The notes below the pieces were generated by a model. The model searched no databases, was not told the DNA's origin, and saw nothing but the letters and a program-made list of their open reading frames with translations. DNA of 63,717 bases, counting the filler, from Atractiella rhizophila (taxonomy: Eukaryota), in NCBI GenBank assembly GCA_021432655.1. It is 6 parts of 6 records of this genome, joined end to end, with 100 filler letters (N's around TTAATTAATTAA, not from the genome) between each part and the next. Parts side by side here need not be neighbours in the genome. Positions count along the whole stretch, not along the records: positions 1 to 13,840 come from MU271968.1; 5 more parts are not named here. One strand, given 5' to 3'. This document shows, piece after piece, positions 1 through 12,002 of the stretch (within the stretch, counting starts at the first letter, position 1; each line of letters starts with the position of its first letter). The position numbers and the translations under genes were made by a program.

Positions 1-2840
1 CGCAGAATAGGCCGTTCTGACATTAGTGCAGGAGGTGTAGGTAACCAATGGAAATCAGTTGGAGGACTTTGAGGTCCTCTTGCTTGGGGGGGACTGGACG
101 AAGACGCTGGGGATGAGGAGAAATTATGGTCTTGCGGCAGAAGAGTTGCGACGACCGCTTGAGAAGCCGAAGGGCAAGATAACTTTGTAAGATGCACAGG
201 GGACGGCTGATCCTGGTCAGTAGTGTCTTGAAGTGCAGGTGCAGGCTTCTGATAGACACAGTTGAGGTAAAGTCGTCCGCAGTTGGCGCATCCAGGCTTC
301 TCTTCGCCACATTTCACGCGGCGTTGTCTGCAAATCAGGCAACCTGAAGGACGCACAAAAGTCAGCATTTCCATCAAGTACTGATTGCGACTAGAAACCC
401 ACCTTTCTTGCTGCGAGAGAAACGTGGTTTAAACCCTCGTCTAGAGGAGAGAGTCGCACCCCAGCTCCGGCGCCTTTCGTCTGCCATCAGTCGTGGTTGG
501 GGTCAAACTGGAAGCTTATGAAGTTTGGGGAGAACGAGGAATAAAGACGAAAATTTGGGCCGCTCCGGATGATCCTTTCGATCCCCAAGGTGGACGGACT
601 TTTGGGGCCCCTCAACCTATTGGCGGCCCAACGCAACCGGAAACCATCAATATTGTGCCGCCATCTACTTCGTCTGGTTCAGTTCCACAACTCAGAGTAC
701 GCTATTTATGAACACTCAAACTGAGTTTTGATGATTTCAACGGCAGAAAAGGCCGAGTAACGCGTTCCGAGCACAGAGTGGTAGTCATTCAACGACCTTT
801 AGTTGCGTCCAATCTTTTCAGAAGGTTCTAGCAGAGCAACAGCCGCCAGGTTACGTATTCCAACTGCTCGCTCTCCTGTGCTCTCGTGTTGACTTTTGTT
901 GGGGAGGCGGCTTCTGTGCTTCTGCCCACTGTCTCAGCGGCAAGCGCCGAATCAGTGCGGCGTTCCGTCCTGCCTCACAGGCGCGAAGGTTTCTAACAAC
1001 TCGCCTGGATCAGCCCCATAATGTGAATTAACGAGCCCCTCCATCCTCGAATTAGGAACCTTGACAAGGCTGATATGGTTTATTGTAAGGGCCGCTTATG
1101 GGGAATCTGTTGATGCAGCCCTCGGTGGGGTCTGAGCCTGGTTCTTCAGCTGGCTGAAGAAGGGTGACAGACGGTATAACCAAAGGCAGGTGAGAGGATC
1201 CAGCGCCGCGAATATCGTAGGTGCGCATCGCTGTGGAAATGACGGCGACGTTGGGCTGTCAGGTTAAAACAATGAGCGTTCCGATCTGTGTTGTAGGGAA
1301 ACATCTTTCATTGGCAGCAATTTACGGGATCGAGAAAAACACGTATGTTGCTAGATGATACCTGTCGAAGTTTCTCCTAGCTTCTCCGTCGAGTAAGTGT
1401 ACTGGTCCCTGGACCTCGAGATGTTCAGAAAATTTTCAGTGATTATTAGCAAACGGAGCCTAAGCGCGATCCATCTGCCAGTGGAAGTCCCGCTGTTGAG
1501 ATCAACAATGTGTAGGACAAACAACTTCGTCTTATGGTGCATTGAGGAACTACCTGGATTGAAGCATGATCTGTCCGAGCGTATATGAGCCACCATCATC
1601 GATGCAAAGGATCTGCAATCCTATGGATTTGATTTCTCCATGATGTTTTCCGAGATCTTGAACATCTTACAAGGGTGATTTGTGATATGTTGGTGAAAGC
1701 AATGGATTGGAATGCGAGGCGACTGTTGAAAAGGAGGGTTGGTGTTGGTTTAGTTTACTTTTGTTGATTTGAAAGAAGAAAGATGTCATGTTACATTGTT
1801 CCAGAATCAGGCTCATCAGACTCGCCATTGTGAGCTACGCATGCAGATTCATCATAAATCAAGCTCTTGTGGTTGCCCCCAACGGAACTCCAATCAACAA
1901 GGTAAAAATTACAACAATCTCCCCGATCAAGGCGCTTCCGCCGTCTTCATCTTCGCGCCGTTCATAGATAGCACCGATATTCCGCTAGAAATACATATAG
2001 AGGCTGCCTGGAATCCACTCCCTACACACATAGTCGCAACTAGGTAAACTCAGGATGGCAAAAGTCGGCCTCCTTATCTGGAAGTCTTTGATGGCAAAGT
2101 TCAGAGCAGTTAAGGATTTAAATTTCCGCACCGTTTCCAGTACAAATCCTGGGAAAAAAAAAGACTGTTCAGGGAGACAACGCGAACGCTCCGTCCTAAT
2201 CTCCCCTAGAAAATTTACACTCGCCATACAACACGATATCAATAACGACTTTTTTGTCGATAAAAAACCCTGACCCCTTTGAATCTCTTACACCAGACCA
2301 AGCACAGGTTTGATAATATGTTCCAGCTTCCTTCTCATAACAGGGCAACTATGACCTCGCCTATTCGTGTATGCCATATGTGGCATACCGCACACACTGC
2401 ACGATCATGCTTTTATCCCCCCACCACCACCCACCTCGACTCCCAACTTTTCGAACTCTAGTAAAAATTCTGCAAAATGCGCTGTCAACCAATCGTTGCG
2501 GAGTTGGTCGGCGGAGGTCGTAATCAAAGTAGGCGACTAGATGTGATGTGGATTGGCCGTGAAATGAGGAGGTAAATGATGTTCAAAAGCACCTTGCCAT
2601 CCCCAAACACTCTGTAAGACCTGTCGGATCCAGCAAGGTGAAGAAACCAAATACAAATACTGCGTGCCAGAGCTGATGATGAGGAAAAGCGGGAAAATAC
2701 GATACACAATGCAAAGCCCCCAGGGGTTAATGGACGATGTGATGTTGTGAGTCATGCCCTTCTGCAGTAAATGGTGGCTCAGCTGTTTTGGAGAGTTACT
2801 GTGGCGTAGAGTTGTTCAGTGGAAGGTATGATGTCCATAG

Positions 2841-3750
2841 GGTTAGGGTTAGGGATGAAGGTGTGACCAACATCAATAGGAGAGGGCAGAACCATCAGAG
2901 TCCAATAAAGTGAGACTCCAAAGCGAACCAAAGACAAAACACTCACAGTGTAGCTTCTCCCTTCTTGATATGTTCCTCTCAGGCACTTCCAACAGTAAAT
3001 AACTAGCAGGAGGGGGAGAAGCGATAGAAGGGTGTCAGAAGACAAGACTGGCTAGATCCTGTTTTGCTAAGGGTTCTTCAGTTCTGGTGATGGTGAGGAC
3101 TCTTTGGGAGGCGCTCTGGGTGGTTTATAAGTGAAGGAATTGATGGGTATTGCCCATCGCATCATGCAGAGTTGTTATCTGCACTTCAGCGTAGGCTGAG
3201 GTTCTTTCTTGTGTTTTCTTTATTCATTGCAATGCTGAGTCCTTATGTGGAAGGAAATAGGGTGGAATATGGTCTTAGTGGCACCTTTTTGGTCGCTCAA
3301 AGGGTCCTGACACCCCCTCTCTAGGTTGTCTCTCCTGTGTTTCCCTGTTCCTCAAGATGAGGCGGCAACGCATCATATGCTCCTTGTGCTAAATGGGGAT
3401 GCTCTGGATGATTCAGGGCAGTCATGGAGAGTCCTGAGGCATCTATTCCATTCCTTTTCGATGGCAAAATGATGTGGGATACTATTTTTTGCATCATTTC
3501 ATCAACGGCTGTCCTGGTCTTAAATGGATGAAGCGATGATTTTAATTGATTGTTAGGCTAACGGGTGGGGCTCCTGCATTTGTAAGCATCATGGAGAGTC
3601 CTGAGGCATTATTCTGCCCATTTTCGATAGTATAGTGCTATGGGGTCACTATTTTTTGCATCATTTCATCAGCAGCTGTTCTGATCTTAAGTGGATGATG
3701 TGATGATTTTAATTGTTAGGCTAAGAGGTGGAGCTCCTGCTTTGTAGAGC
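2841..3750. repeat. Dispersed repeat family R1, copy 1, starting with telomere-like GGTTAGGGTTAGGG; includes an internal ~165-bp tandem duplication (about 3421-3585 and 3586-3750)
   Basis: Colinear similarity to 10752-11480 (e.g. GTAGCTTCTCCCTTCTTGATATGTTCCTCTCAG, GACTGGCTAGATCCTGTTT, CTCAAAGGGTCCTGACACCCC) and inverted similarity to 8630-8760. TCATGGAGAGTCCTGAGGCAT occurs twice. Confidence 0.85.
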
Positions 3751-4446
3751 ATCCACACTGCTTCACTGCATTGATTTATGGCCGAAAACTCAGCCTGAAT
3801 GGCTGTGAGGAGCTTCTACTAAGCAGCATAAGCGATGGCCCCATATGGCAGGGGGAGAAGGGTTATAAACTGCTCTGGCTCTGTGTGGCCTTTCTCCATC
3901 AATCTACGGACTTTCCATCATGTCTGGAGGCAATGTGATGTCCTTTCATACCTTGTTTAATGCTGTTAGAGAGAAATACTCTATTTCTTTGGATCCTCTG
4001 GTCATGGAAAGGTATCAATGAAAGGTGGGTGTTCCTCTCAATTCTTTACACCTTTCTTTTGTTAAGTACTGGTTATCCTTTTAGATCTCATGGATTGTTA
4101 TGGCTTGGAAGCTTTTAAGATCAGTTTCGATGGCAATGATCTCCGTCACAATGTTTTTCTAAAAGCTGGTATGTTCTGTGCTTGTGTACCTTCCTATCTT
4201 TTTCTGATCTTTGTGGTTTCATCACAGTGAAGCGTTGGGTCATGGGAGAGAATGAGAATGTCTCCTTGGTTCTCTCTTATAATCCCATCAGTGATGAATT
4301 CTCAACCTCATGCATTAATATATCGTCAACTCTGCAGTGTGCTTTATGGATGGACAGTTCCCTGTTTGCTTCATCCAGGGGAGAAGAGGTGAGTTCTCTC
4401 GATTCCTATTCTTACATTAGTGCCTTCTTACTCATTTTTGGATGTA

Positions 4447-7400
4447 ACGGTTGGTCCGGAACAACCATCACAACTTTAGATTTGAAAAACAAAAATGAAA
4501 TTAACATGACTACACTCAAGCCAAATTGATAGCCCTGACAATATGTCAATCCTATGCTCGTCAGGAATACATAGCACAATTTTCTAAGCAATTAGAGATG
4601 GCATGAAGGAGTAATCAGCTTGGAAAGGCATTGGCACCCAAAACTTTCGCTTCAAGGTCAACCGTGAACTTTAATTTCACACATTACATCAACAACTCTG
4701 AATGTGTTTTCACTCAACAACAATTGCAAAGCCTTTCTGCAGCAGCATGATGAGCCCTAAAAAGCCCACACCAATCTTACCAAAGTCAAGAGAAGCTATT
4801 CTAAATATGGATGAGACTTATGTGTAAAATGAGCAACGAACATCCACCGGCAGACTGAACATTTCAGTGATTGCGAAGTATTTTAGAGTCCCACGGACAA
4901 GCTTGGCAGGAAGGATCAAAGGTGCAAAAGCAAAGAGTGAAGAGATGAAGCGCAGACAGAAGCTTAGCCCAGATGAAGAAGCCAGCATTGTCACCATTTG
5001 CGACCGCTCCCTTAACCTCTTTTTCCCTGTCACCAAATCCCACATTATCTCCATTGCGAAGAAGATTTTCAAGAAGAAGTATCCTCATGCAGCTGAATCT
5101 TCTACTCCTGGGAATTCATGGTACTATGCTTTCATGGCCCGTCATTCCGAACTCAGAAACCGAACTGCCTATCGGATTGGAAGAGAGCTTGTTGCAATTT
5201 CAGCAGATGAGATTGAGAGGTGGTATGAAGAGCTTGCAAGAGCCTGTGAGCAATATAGGATCAGGTCAGCAAGGCAGATGCATAATTTTGATGAAAAGGT
5301 GTTTCTAATTGGAGTTGCAAAGCGGGAACATGTTGTGGTGCGGAGGAGGAGAGAAGTTGGAGATATTGAATATGTTCAAGGTGTGTGCTGCTTTCTTACA
5401 ACTACTTAAGTACTTAAGCTACTCTGCATTGTATGAAAGATGGAAATAGAGAATGGATTACAGTAATCGAATGTGTCAGTGCAGAGGGCAAAAGTAGTAG
5501 TCTGTAAATCATCTTGGCCGGACAGAATTTCATATCATCTTGGATTGAGGACCCATTACCTGGTGCAACGTATAGCTGCACTCTGAGTGGCTGGACAGAT
5601 GAGGGTGAGGGAATAACTTGGCTCAAGATTTGGGAAGAGGAGACACAGCCATGGAGGTTGCTCATCATGGACGGTCACGGTTCGCATCAAACAATTGAAT
5701 TTCTAGAATATGCACTGGCCCACAACATTCTTCCCTTCTGCACTATCCCCCACAGCACTCATCTCTGCCAACCACTCGATGTTGGCGTCTTCAGCCCACT
5801 TTCCCACAACTACAACTACTCTCAGGTCCTTAATCAAACCGACCGTGAACGAAAGGAGATCAGCAAAGGGACCTTTTCAAGGCTATTTCAGGAGGCTCAT
5901 GAGCTGAGCTATCGGCCTGAAGTATTGCGCAAAGCTTTTGAGGCAACGTGGGTTTGGCCTGTCAACATGTCAGCAAATACTGGTTTTGTGAAGTTCAAAG
6001 AAAAAGTGCACGCTCAGGCGACTCCATCTTACTATTGATATCTTCCCCACACTCCCGACATTATCCCTCAGCTGCAAGACCCATTCCAAAAGCTCACCCC
6101 ACGAACCACAAACCGATGTGCAGATTACCTCCTTAACGAGAACCGTCCCTCTGCAGCAGATCTAAAAACAATGGAGAGCCTCAAGGTAGTTGAGGGCTTG
6201 AAAGGTGGATATGAGCGTGTTTCGGGTGACCTGATTCATGAGTGAATGCTGAAGGAGAGGTGGATGAATTCTGCAGTTGAGAGCAAGCGAAAGAAGTCAA
6301 AGGAGGTGATTAGAAAAGGCACTGTAGCCATCACAGCAGAGAAATTGGCGGTGCTAAAGGCGAAAGTCGTGGCTGAAGAGCAAGAGAAGGTCAGGAAGAA
6401 AGCAGAGAAGGTGGAGAAGCTTGAAGAGAAAGTGAGAAAGAGGATGGGAAAGATCGAGGCATCAGCGGCCAAGTATGAAGCAACGGTTGAGAAGACTCTA
6501 TATATACCTGGAATGACTGTAAGAGCAGAATCAGCCAAGAGGGAGAGGGAGGGGGACGGGAAGATGGAGAGGAAGAGAAGGAGGAGTTACCGGCGGTAGA
6601 ACAAGAGTTCCGCACATACAAGATGGAAAGCAAGTATTGTGGGAACGGGAGTTGGAAGTTGAGGAGAAGGTCCATCAATCCCTCCAAAGTAAGCTGTCTA
6701 TCAGCATTGATCCCAATTCTATCAACAATATCATGAGAGAAGGGGAACCTATCATTATTCCTGTTCAAGAGCAGGACACAGAGTCCAACTGCGATCAATC
6801 AGATGAGAGTGAGTGTGACATAGCTTAAAGGCATTGTCATCAATTCCTATTTTGCATTGTTATAGCATCAAATACCCATTTATTTGCACATATGTTGCAA
6901 GATCAAATAACATACATAATAGCATGTGTCCAAAAGCTGACTGAGCCTACGAAAAGCGAAAATGACGTACTAAATGGCGCTGGCCTCAGACCCCACTAAA
7001 CTTAAATCCTCCTTAACCCATGCCTAATACTCACAAAAAACAGTGTCCTCCCAGTCCTCCGTCCAACCACAACTGTTCAAAAGATATAAAAGCTGAGAGA
7101 ATCCAAACTTCAATGACAGAGGGAAGAAGCCCTGTCCATGTTGCTGATGTCAAAAATAACCCTTAGCAGGCCGGAAAAGGAACATGCACCATCAAAAAGA
7201 AGGTTCAGAAGGTTTCTAGGAGATTTGGAGGAGTGGGAAAGAGAGGGAATGAAGAGGTTAGAGTTTGGAGGCGGTGGAATGTGCTGGAGTATGTGCTGCG
7301 CATCTTTTGAACATGGACAGCTAGAGAAAAATCTGTCCTTTTGGCACAAAAATACGTGTGTATGTAGCTGAGGCTACCAATAACGGGGCACTAAAGAATG

Positions 7401-7492
7401 ATTGGAGGACAAGGGATAATGGCTGAAAAAAATGTCGTTGCATCATAAGGTTCACGGTTGACGGTCAATGACGGTTGTCCCGGACCTGCCGT
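4447..7492 (+). mobile_element. pogo/Fot1-type (Tc1-mariner superfamily) DNA transposon, full length, inactive
   Basis: Left TIR ACGGTTGGTCCGGAACAACCATCA (4447-4470) matches the reverse complement of the right end, ACGGCAGGTCCGGGACAACCGTCA (7469-7492), at 20/24. TA flanks both ends (4445-4446, 7493-7494). Transposase lies inside. Confidence 0.9.
4747..6599 (+). pseudogene. DDE_1 transposase with HTH-psq/CENP-B N-terminus, with premature stops
   Basis: Motifs: IAKYFRVPRTSL (HTH), PGNSWYYAFMARHSEL, MHNFDEK, an intron at ~5381-5439, DGNREWITVIECVSAEG, SGWTD, LLIMDGHGSH, PHSTHLCQPLDVGVFSPL. In-frame TAA at 4825 and ~5505. Confidence 0.9.
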
Positions 7493-8629
7493 TAGGAGGT
7501 GCTATAAACCCTATCATGTAGCCTGGTATCAGCGTCAAGGCACCAGAGGCAGTCTTAGGACCACTTATGGCCATCCCATGGTGTGGGCACTGTCCGAGAA
7601 CTTTTGCTTGACTGCTGTGGTCCCAATAGGTTCATTCTCTATCCTATTTCCTCTCATATTTTCGCCTAATCCGTACTTATAGAGATAGACTTAGTCGCCT
7701 AGACAGTTCTGAGCGATCATCAGGAGGAGGGAGATCAGTGTATATCCTTATATAAAAATCAAGGTTAAGTCAAGAGACAATGGCAAAGTTTCGATCAAAC
7801 CAGACCAGTGCTGCTGGGGGATGGGTTACGTCACTTCAAATTTCCACAACCGTGAACTGTCCGAGTCTCTGAGAGCAATAACTTCCCCATTAGCCAAAGA
7901 ACACTTGCATGTAACTATCTTTGCAGGCCCATATGTCGTTACATACATGCTATCGACCTCCATGGAGCCTCAGGAGGTCCAATATGACCTTCGTTGACCA
8001 TTCCAGGTGGCGAAACACATGGAGATCACATACCCACAGCAACCGTCTACCTCATCCAACCAGCATCTTCCTCTTCCTAACCATCACCCAGCTGTTGACA
8101 TGCGATACGACGATACGACCTACAGCTGAACAGGCTCTGAAATTGGGGGCGCATATAATTCCCTCCTTCATCCTTTATGAGAGATGAACTTATAGTTGAC
8201 ATGATTCTATTGGTAAGCTAATTGAGAAAGACATAACTTTGTCTGAGAACGAGACATGCCGATCAATTTTGGGTCTAAGCACAATGAAAACGAACAAGTC
8301 GCCAATGTGAAAGGAATTTGAGTTCTGCTTCCGCCGTAATGCTTGAAATGAGGGTGTGACATCATCATGTTAAGCTTAGATTATTAAAAGCATCTCATTT
8401 CATATCAAGCTACCTCAATTGATCCACCTTGCCAAGACTTTGTGGTGTACAGGAGGAGGAGACTGGAAAGAGGTAGACGTATATATATGGTGAAAATTTG
8501 GATGTTTCTGTATTTTGTGAGGATTGGAACATGCTAGGTGTCTCAAACTCAAATTGGAAAGCAAAACTGAACAGATTATTGCATAGCTCAGACAAAGCTG
8601 TAGATGATGATTACAATGCTGGGGCAGCA

Positions 8630-8760
8630 ACATATCAAGAAGGGAGAAGCTACACTGTGAGTGTTTCGTCTTTGGTTTACTTTGGAGTCCCACTTTTGTT
8701 GGACTTGGATGGTTTTGCTCTCCTGTTGATATTGGTCCCACTTTTATCCCTAACCCTAAA
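8630..8760 (-). repeat. Repeat family R1, short inverted copy ending in CCCTAACCCTAA
   Basis: CATATCAAGAAGGGAGAAGCTACACTGTGAGTG is the reverse complement of the R1 core near 2941-2975; all three copies translate to TYQEGRSYTVS. Confidence 0.8.
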
Positions 8761-9094
8761 AAAACTGACTGACAGAACAGTTAGTTCTGTTGTGAAGGAA
8801 TGTTGGAAATCGATGGGCTGAGGAGCAGAGCTAAGTACGACTTGGTTACCTTTGGCTGAGCTCTTGCAAACGCATGAGCACCAGGAAATGGAATTATATA
8901 TATTTATATAGCTTACAGCAGTGGCAACTAGAAAGTAGTAGAACATTCCAGAAAACTAAAGAACTTTGCCACTGAACTAGAATGCAAAATCCAACAAGGA
9001 ATAATAGTAGAACCACGTGAAACTACATATCCGGTGAACTGGACAGTTTGCCGGTATTCCTGCGATCATCCAGCTCTCACTCTCCACAGCAACA

Positions 9095-10694
9095 TGTTTC
9101 ATTGCAGACCTACCTATTGAACTTCTCGGAATGATCTTTCTCGACCTCCTGGAGCACGATTCTGGGTTGTGTGGGATAGGGTTTATTAATGATATCGACT
9201 TCAATGACTATCCTTCAGTTTCTGATCTCTCTATTGTCTGCCGGCTCTGGAGGGTTGTCTCAACACCTTGTTGGAGACAACCTGAGGATTTGAAAGGGAT
9301 GCATAACCCCTTGAGATGGTACCCTTCTGCTGGACGTATACGGAAGAATCTTCACATGAATGAGGAAGAGGATATCGCTGGTGGGATGCTGAAAGAGATT
9401 ATCATGCACTCACCGAACATTACATCTGTATATTTACAGCCATCTTCATCTTGGTGTGGTGAGGCAAAGGACATGTTAAATGGTTGTAGGCATGAAAAGG
9501 CTGTATGAGGTTGGGCTGTCCGGCTTCGAGGCTTGGCCGTGGAGGAAGGAGGAGGTGGAATACTTCATTCAGAGAGTAGGGGGGATCAGAGAGCTCAATG
9601 CTTTCTTTGTGGCACACTCTTCTCTGTCTTTGATACTTTTGGCATCTACAGGGCTTTGATTGCCTTCCGAACTCAAGTACCTCAGTTTTGAACGGAAGTC
9701 ACTCACCCAAGATCTCCCTGTCCCTTACACCGTCTGGCCTGACACTGTCTGGGACATAACGCTAACCGATCTGCCTCCCCATCGGTTAGGGCTAACACTA
9801 TGTGCGGTCGCCGACAGGCGATGTGCCTGTAGTGGAGATAACCCTAAGAGCATGATATGACATGAAGACTAACCTGTAGTGGAGATAAACCTAAGAGAAT
9901 ACTCTAAGGTCACCTGCACTACTCTCCGATCTATATATACAAGCGGGATAACACTGCCACAGAGCGTAGAGGAGACATGTAAGTGAACTAAAAGGGGAAG
10001 TAACAGTGGGATTATGCGGAGTTAATAAGAGGAGGATAGGCACAATTGGGCTATGTGGTGATGGAGGCACAAATGGGTGAACGGGCGACCGGGCGCCGAT
10101 TTTCACTGCGTGCAGAGTGGCGACGGGAGACGCAGAGTGGCGACGGTTCGTAGATTTGTATAGAATGTAAACGGGCGAACAGGCGCTGATTCGCGGGAAA
10201 CACAAATGGGTGATAGGAGACGCAATCTGGCGAACGGGCGCCGATTTGCATAAGATGCAACCTGACACCATCCTCGCTCCGCCTCAACTTCTGCACTGCT
10301 GTCGTTTCTTGAGGACCTTACCATCCATCTGGATCCCTTGTCGGCTGAAGAAAAGACCTTCATCCCACCCACTACACCACTCGACTTATCACACCTCAAA
10401 TACCTGGTAACGCTCAGCCTTAGCAGGAGCAAGGAAACTTCCAACCTTCTATGCCACCGACTCTTCCAAACATTGACAAATGCAACTGCAATAATAAACA
10501 TATGTTTCGCTTACTGTGTGGTGGATTTTGCTCTACCAGGTTTCACATTTTCAGATTTCATCCATTGGTTCTTTAAAACGTGGGCATTAAATGAGAACAG
10601 GGATACTAAGGAACATCCTGAACAGAAGAACATGAGACTTCATGGGTTGGAGTTACATCTTCTTTTGTTCTTTGGAGAGTGTCTTGGTTCTTGA
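9095..10694 (+). pseudogene. F-box (plus LRR/RNI-like) protein pseudogene, interrupted by an insertion
   Basis: F-box pattern IADLPIELLGMIFLDLL ... LSIVCRLWR. Downstream LxxL-type segments (PLDLSHLKYLVTLSL). Frameshifts and stops. Frame WPDT|ILAPPQL is restored by removing 9746-10268. Confidence 0.6.
9746..10267. mobile_element. Solo-LTR-like insertion (~520 bp)
   Basis: Begins TGTCTGG and can end CCTGACA (imperfect inverted termini). CCTGACAC is repeated at 9738-9745 and 10261-10268. Internal repeats (CTGTAGTGGAGATAA x2, GGGCGCCGATTT x2, AGAGTGGCGACGG x2) and a TATATATA box. Confidence 0.65.
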
Positions 10695-10751
10695 AGCTGG
10701 GGAGGAGGTTAGGTATTGGGATGCTACTTGCGCTCAATGTAAATAGCAACA

Positions 10752-11480
10752 GTTAGGGTAAGGGTTAGGGATGAAGGTGGGACCAACATCAACAACATCA
10801 ACAGGAGAGGGCAGAACCATCAGAGTCCAACACTGTGGGACTCCAAAGTGAACCAAAGACAAAATACTCACCGTGTAGCTTCTCCCTTCTTGATATGTTC
10901 CTCTCAGACACTTCCAGTAGTAAATAACTAGGAGCAAGAGGGGGAGGAGGATAATAGATGAGAGGTTCCATCAGACTGGCTAGATCCTGTTTCGCCAAGG
11001 GCTCTTCAGTTCTGGTGATGGTGAGGGCTCTTTGGGTGGCGCTCTAGGTGGTTTATAAGTGAAGGAATTGATGGGGATTGCCTATCCATCATGCATAGTT
11101 GTCATCTGTGCTTTAGCAGTGGCTGAAGTCTTTCTTATGTTTTCTTTATTCATTGCAACGTTGAGTCCTTATGTGGAAGAAATTAGGGTGGAATGTGGTC
11201 TTTGTGGTGCCTTTTTGGTCGCTCAAAGGGTCCTGACACCCCTCTATAGGCTCTCTCTCATGCATTTTCTCTGTTCTTCAAAATAAGGCAGTGATGCATC
11301 CTATGCTCCTGTACTGAATGGAGATGCTCTGCATGATCAGGGCAGTCATGGAGATTCCTGAGGCTGCCCATTCTGTTTCTTTTCAATGGCAAAGTACTGT
11401 GTGATCACTATTATTTTGCATCGCATCAGCAGCTCTCCTGGTTTTAAGTGGATGATCCTGTGATATATTTGATCATTCGG
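10752..11480. repeat. Dispersed repeat family R1, copy 2, starting GTTAGGGTAAGGGTTAGGG
   Basis: Colinear with 2841-3560 along its whole length. Confidence 0.85.
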
Positions 11481-12002
11481 CCAAAGCACCTGCTGACTAT
11501 AGAGATATGGTATGTCTATAGATTTAGCACACACTTTGCATGTCCTTTTCACATCAATATTACATGAAGAGCGTTGGATAGCAGATTGACTGTGAAAGCA
11601 ATATGCCTAAATGGATTAACAGCACAGGGAAAAAGGGGCACAGACAGTGAATTTTCAGTCAAAAAGCTTTTGGTTGACACGACAAGACGGTGTCACAGCA
11701 CAATTTCAATCAAAATGCCTCATGTTGATAGCATGTCCGCGCCAGTTCAGAAGGAGAATTCTCAAAGAAGTTGCTGAGACAATGATCGTAGGCGGGGATG
11801 CGGTGATTCGAGTGGCAAGCCTGGTGGCAAACAATGGTTGCTGGCCAGCTGAGCCGAGTTGTGACGACAAGGGAAGAGGTTGCAGGAGCCTAGTTTAAAA
11901 CCCCTGTTGGTTATGGTTCTGTTCCACTGTGTGATCACAAGTTTTGCTGAAGGCTGAATATATTGGTTCTGCTATTCTGTGTGGACGAGATTACAATATG
12001 AA

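Noticed and set aside
1..1760. Short ORFs suggesting a minus-strand gene
   Set aside because: No motif recognised and the frames are broken; not enough support for a call.
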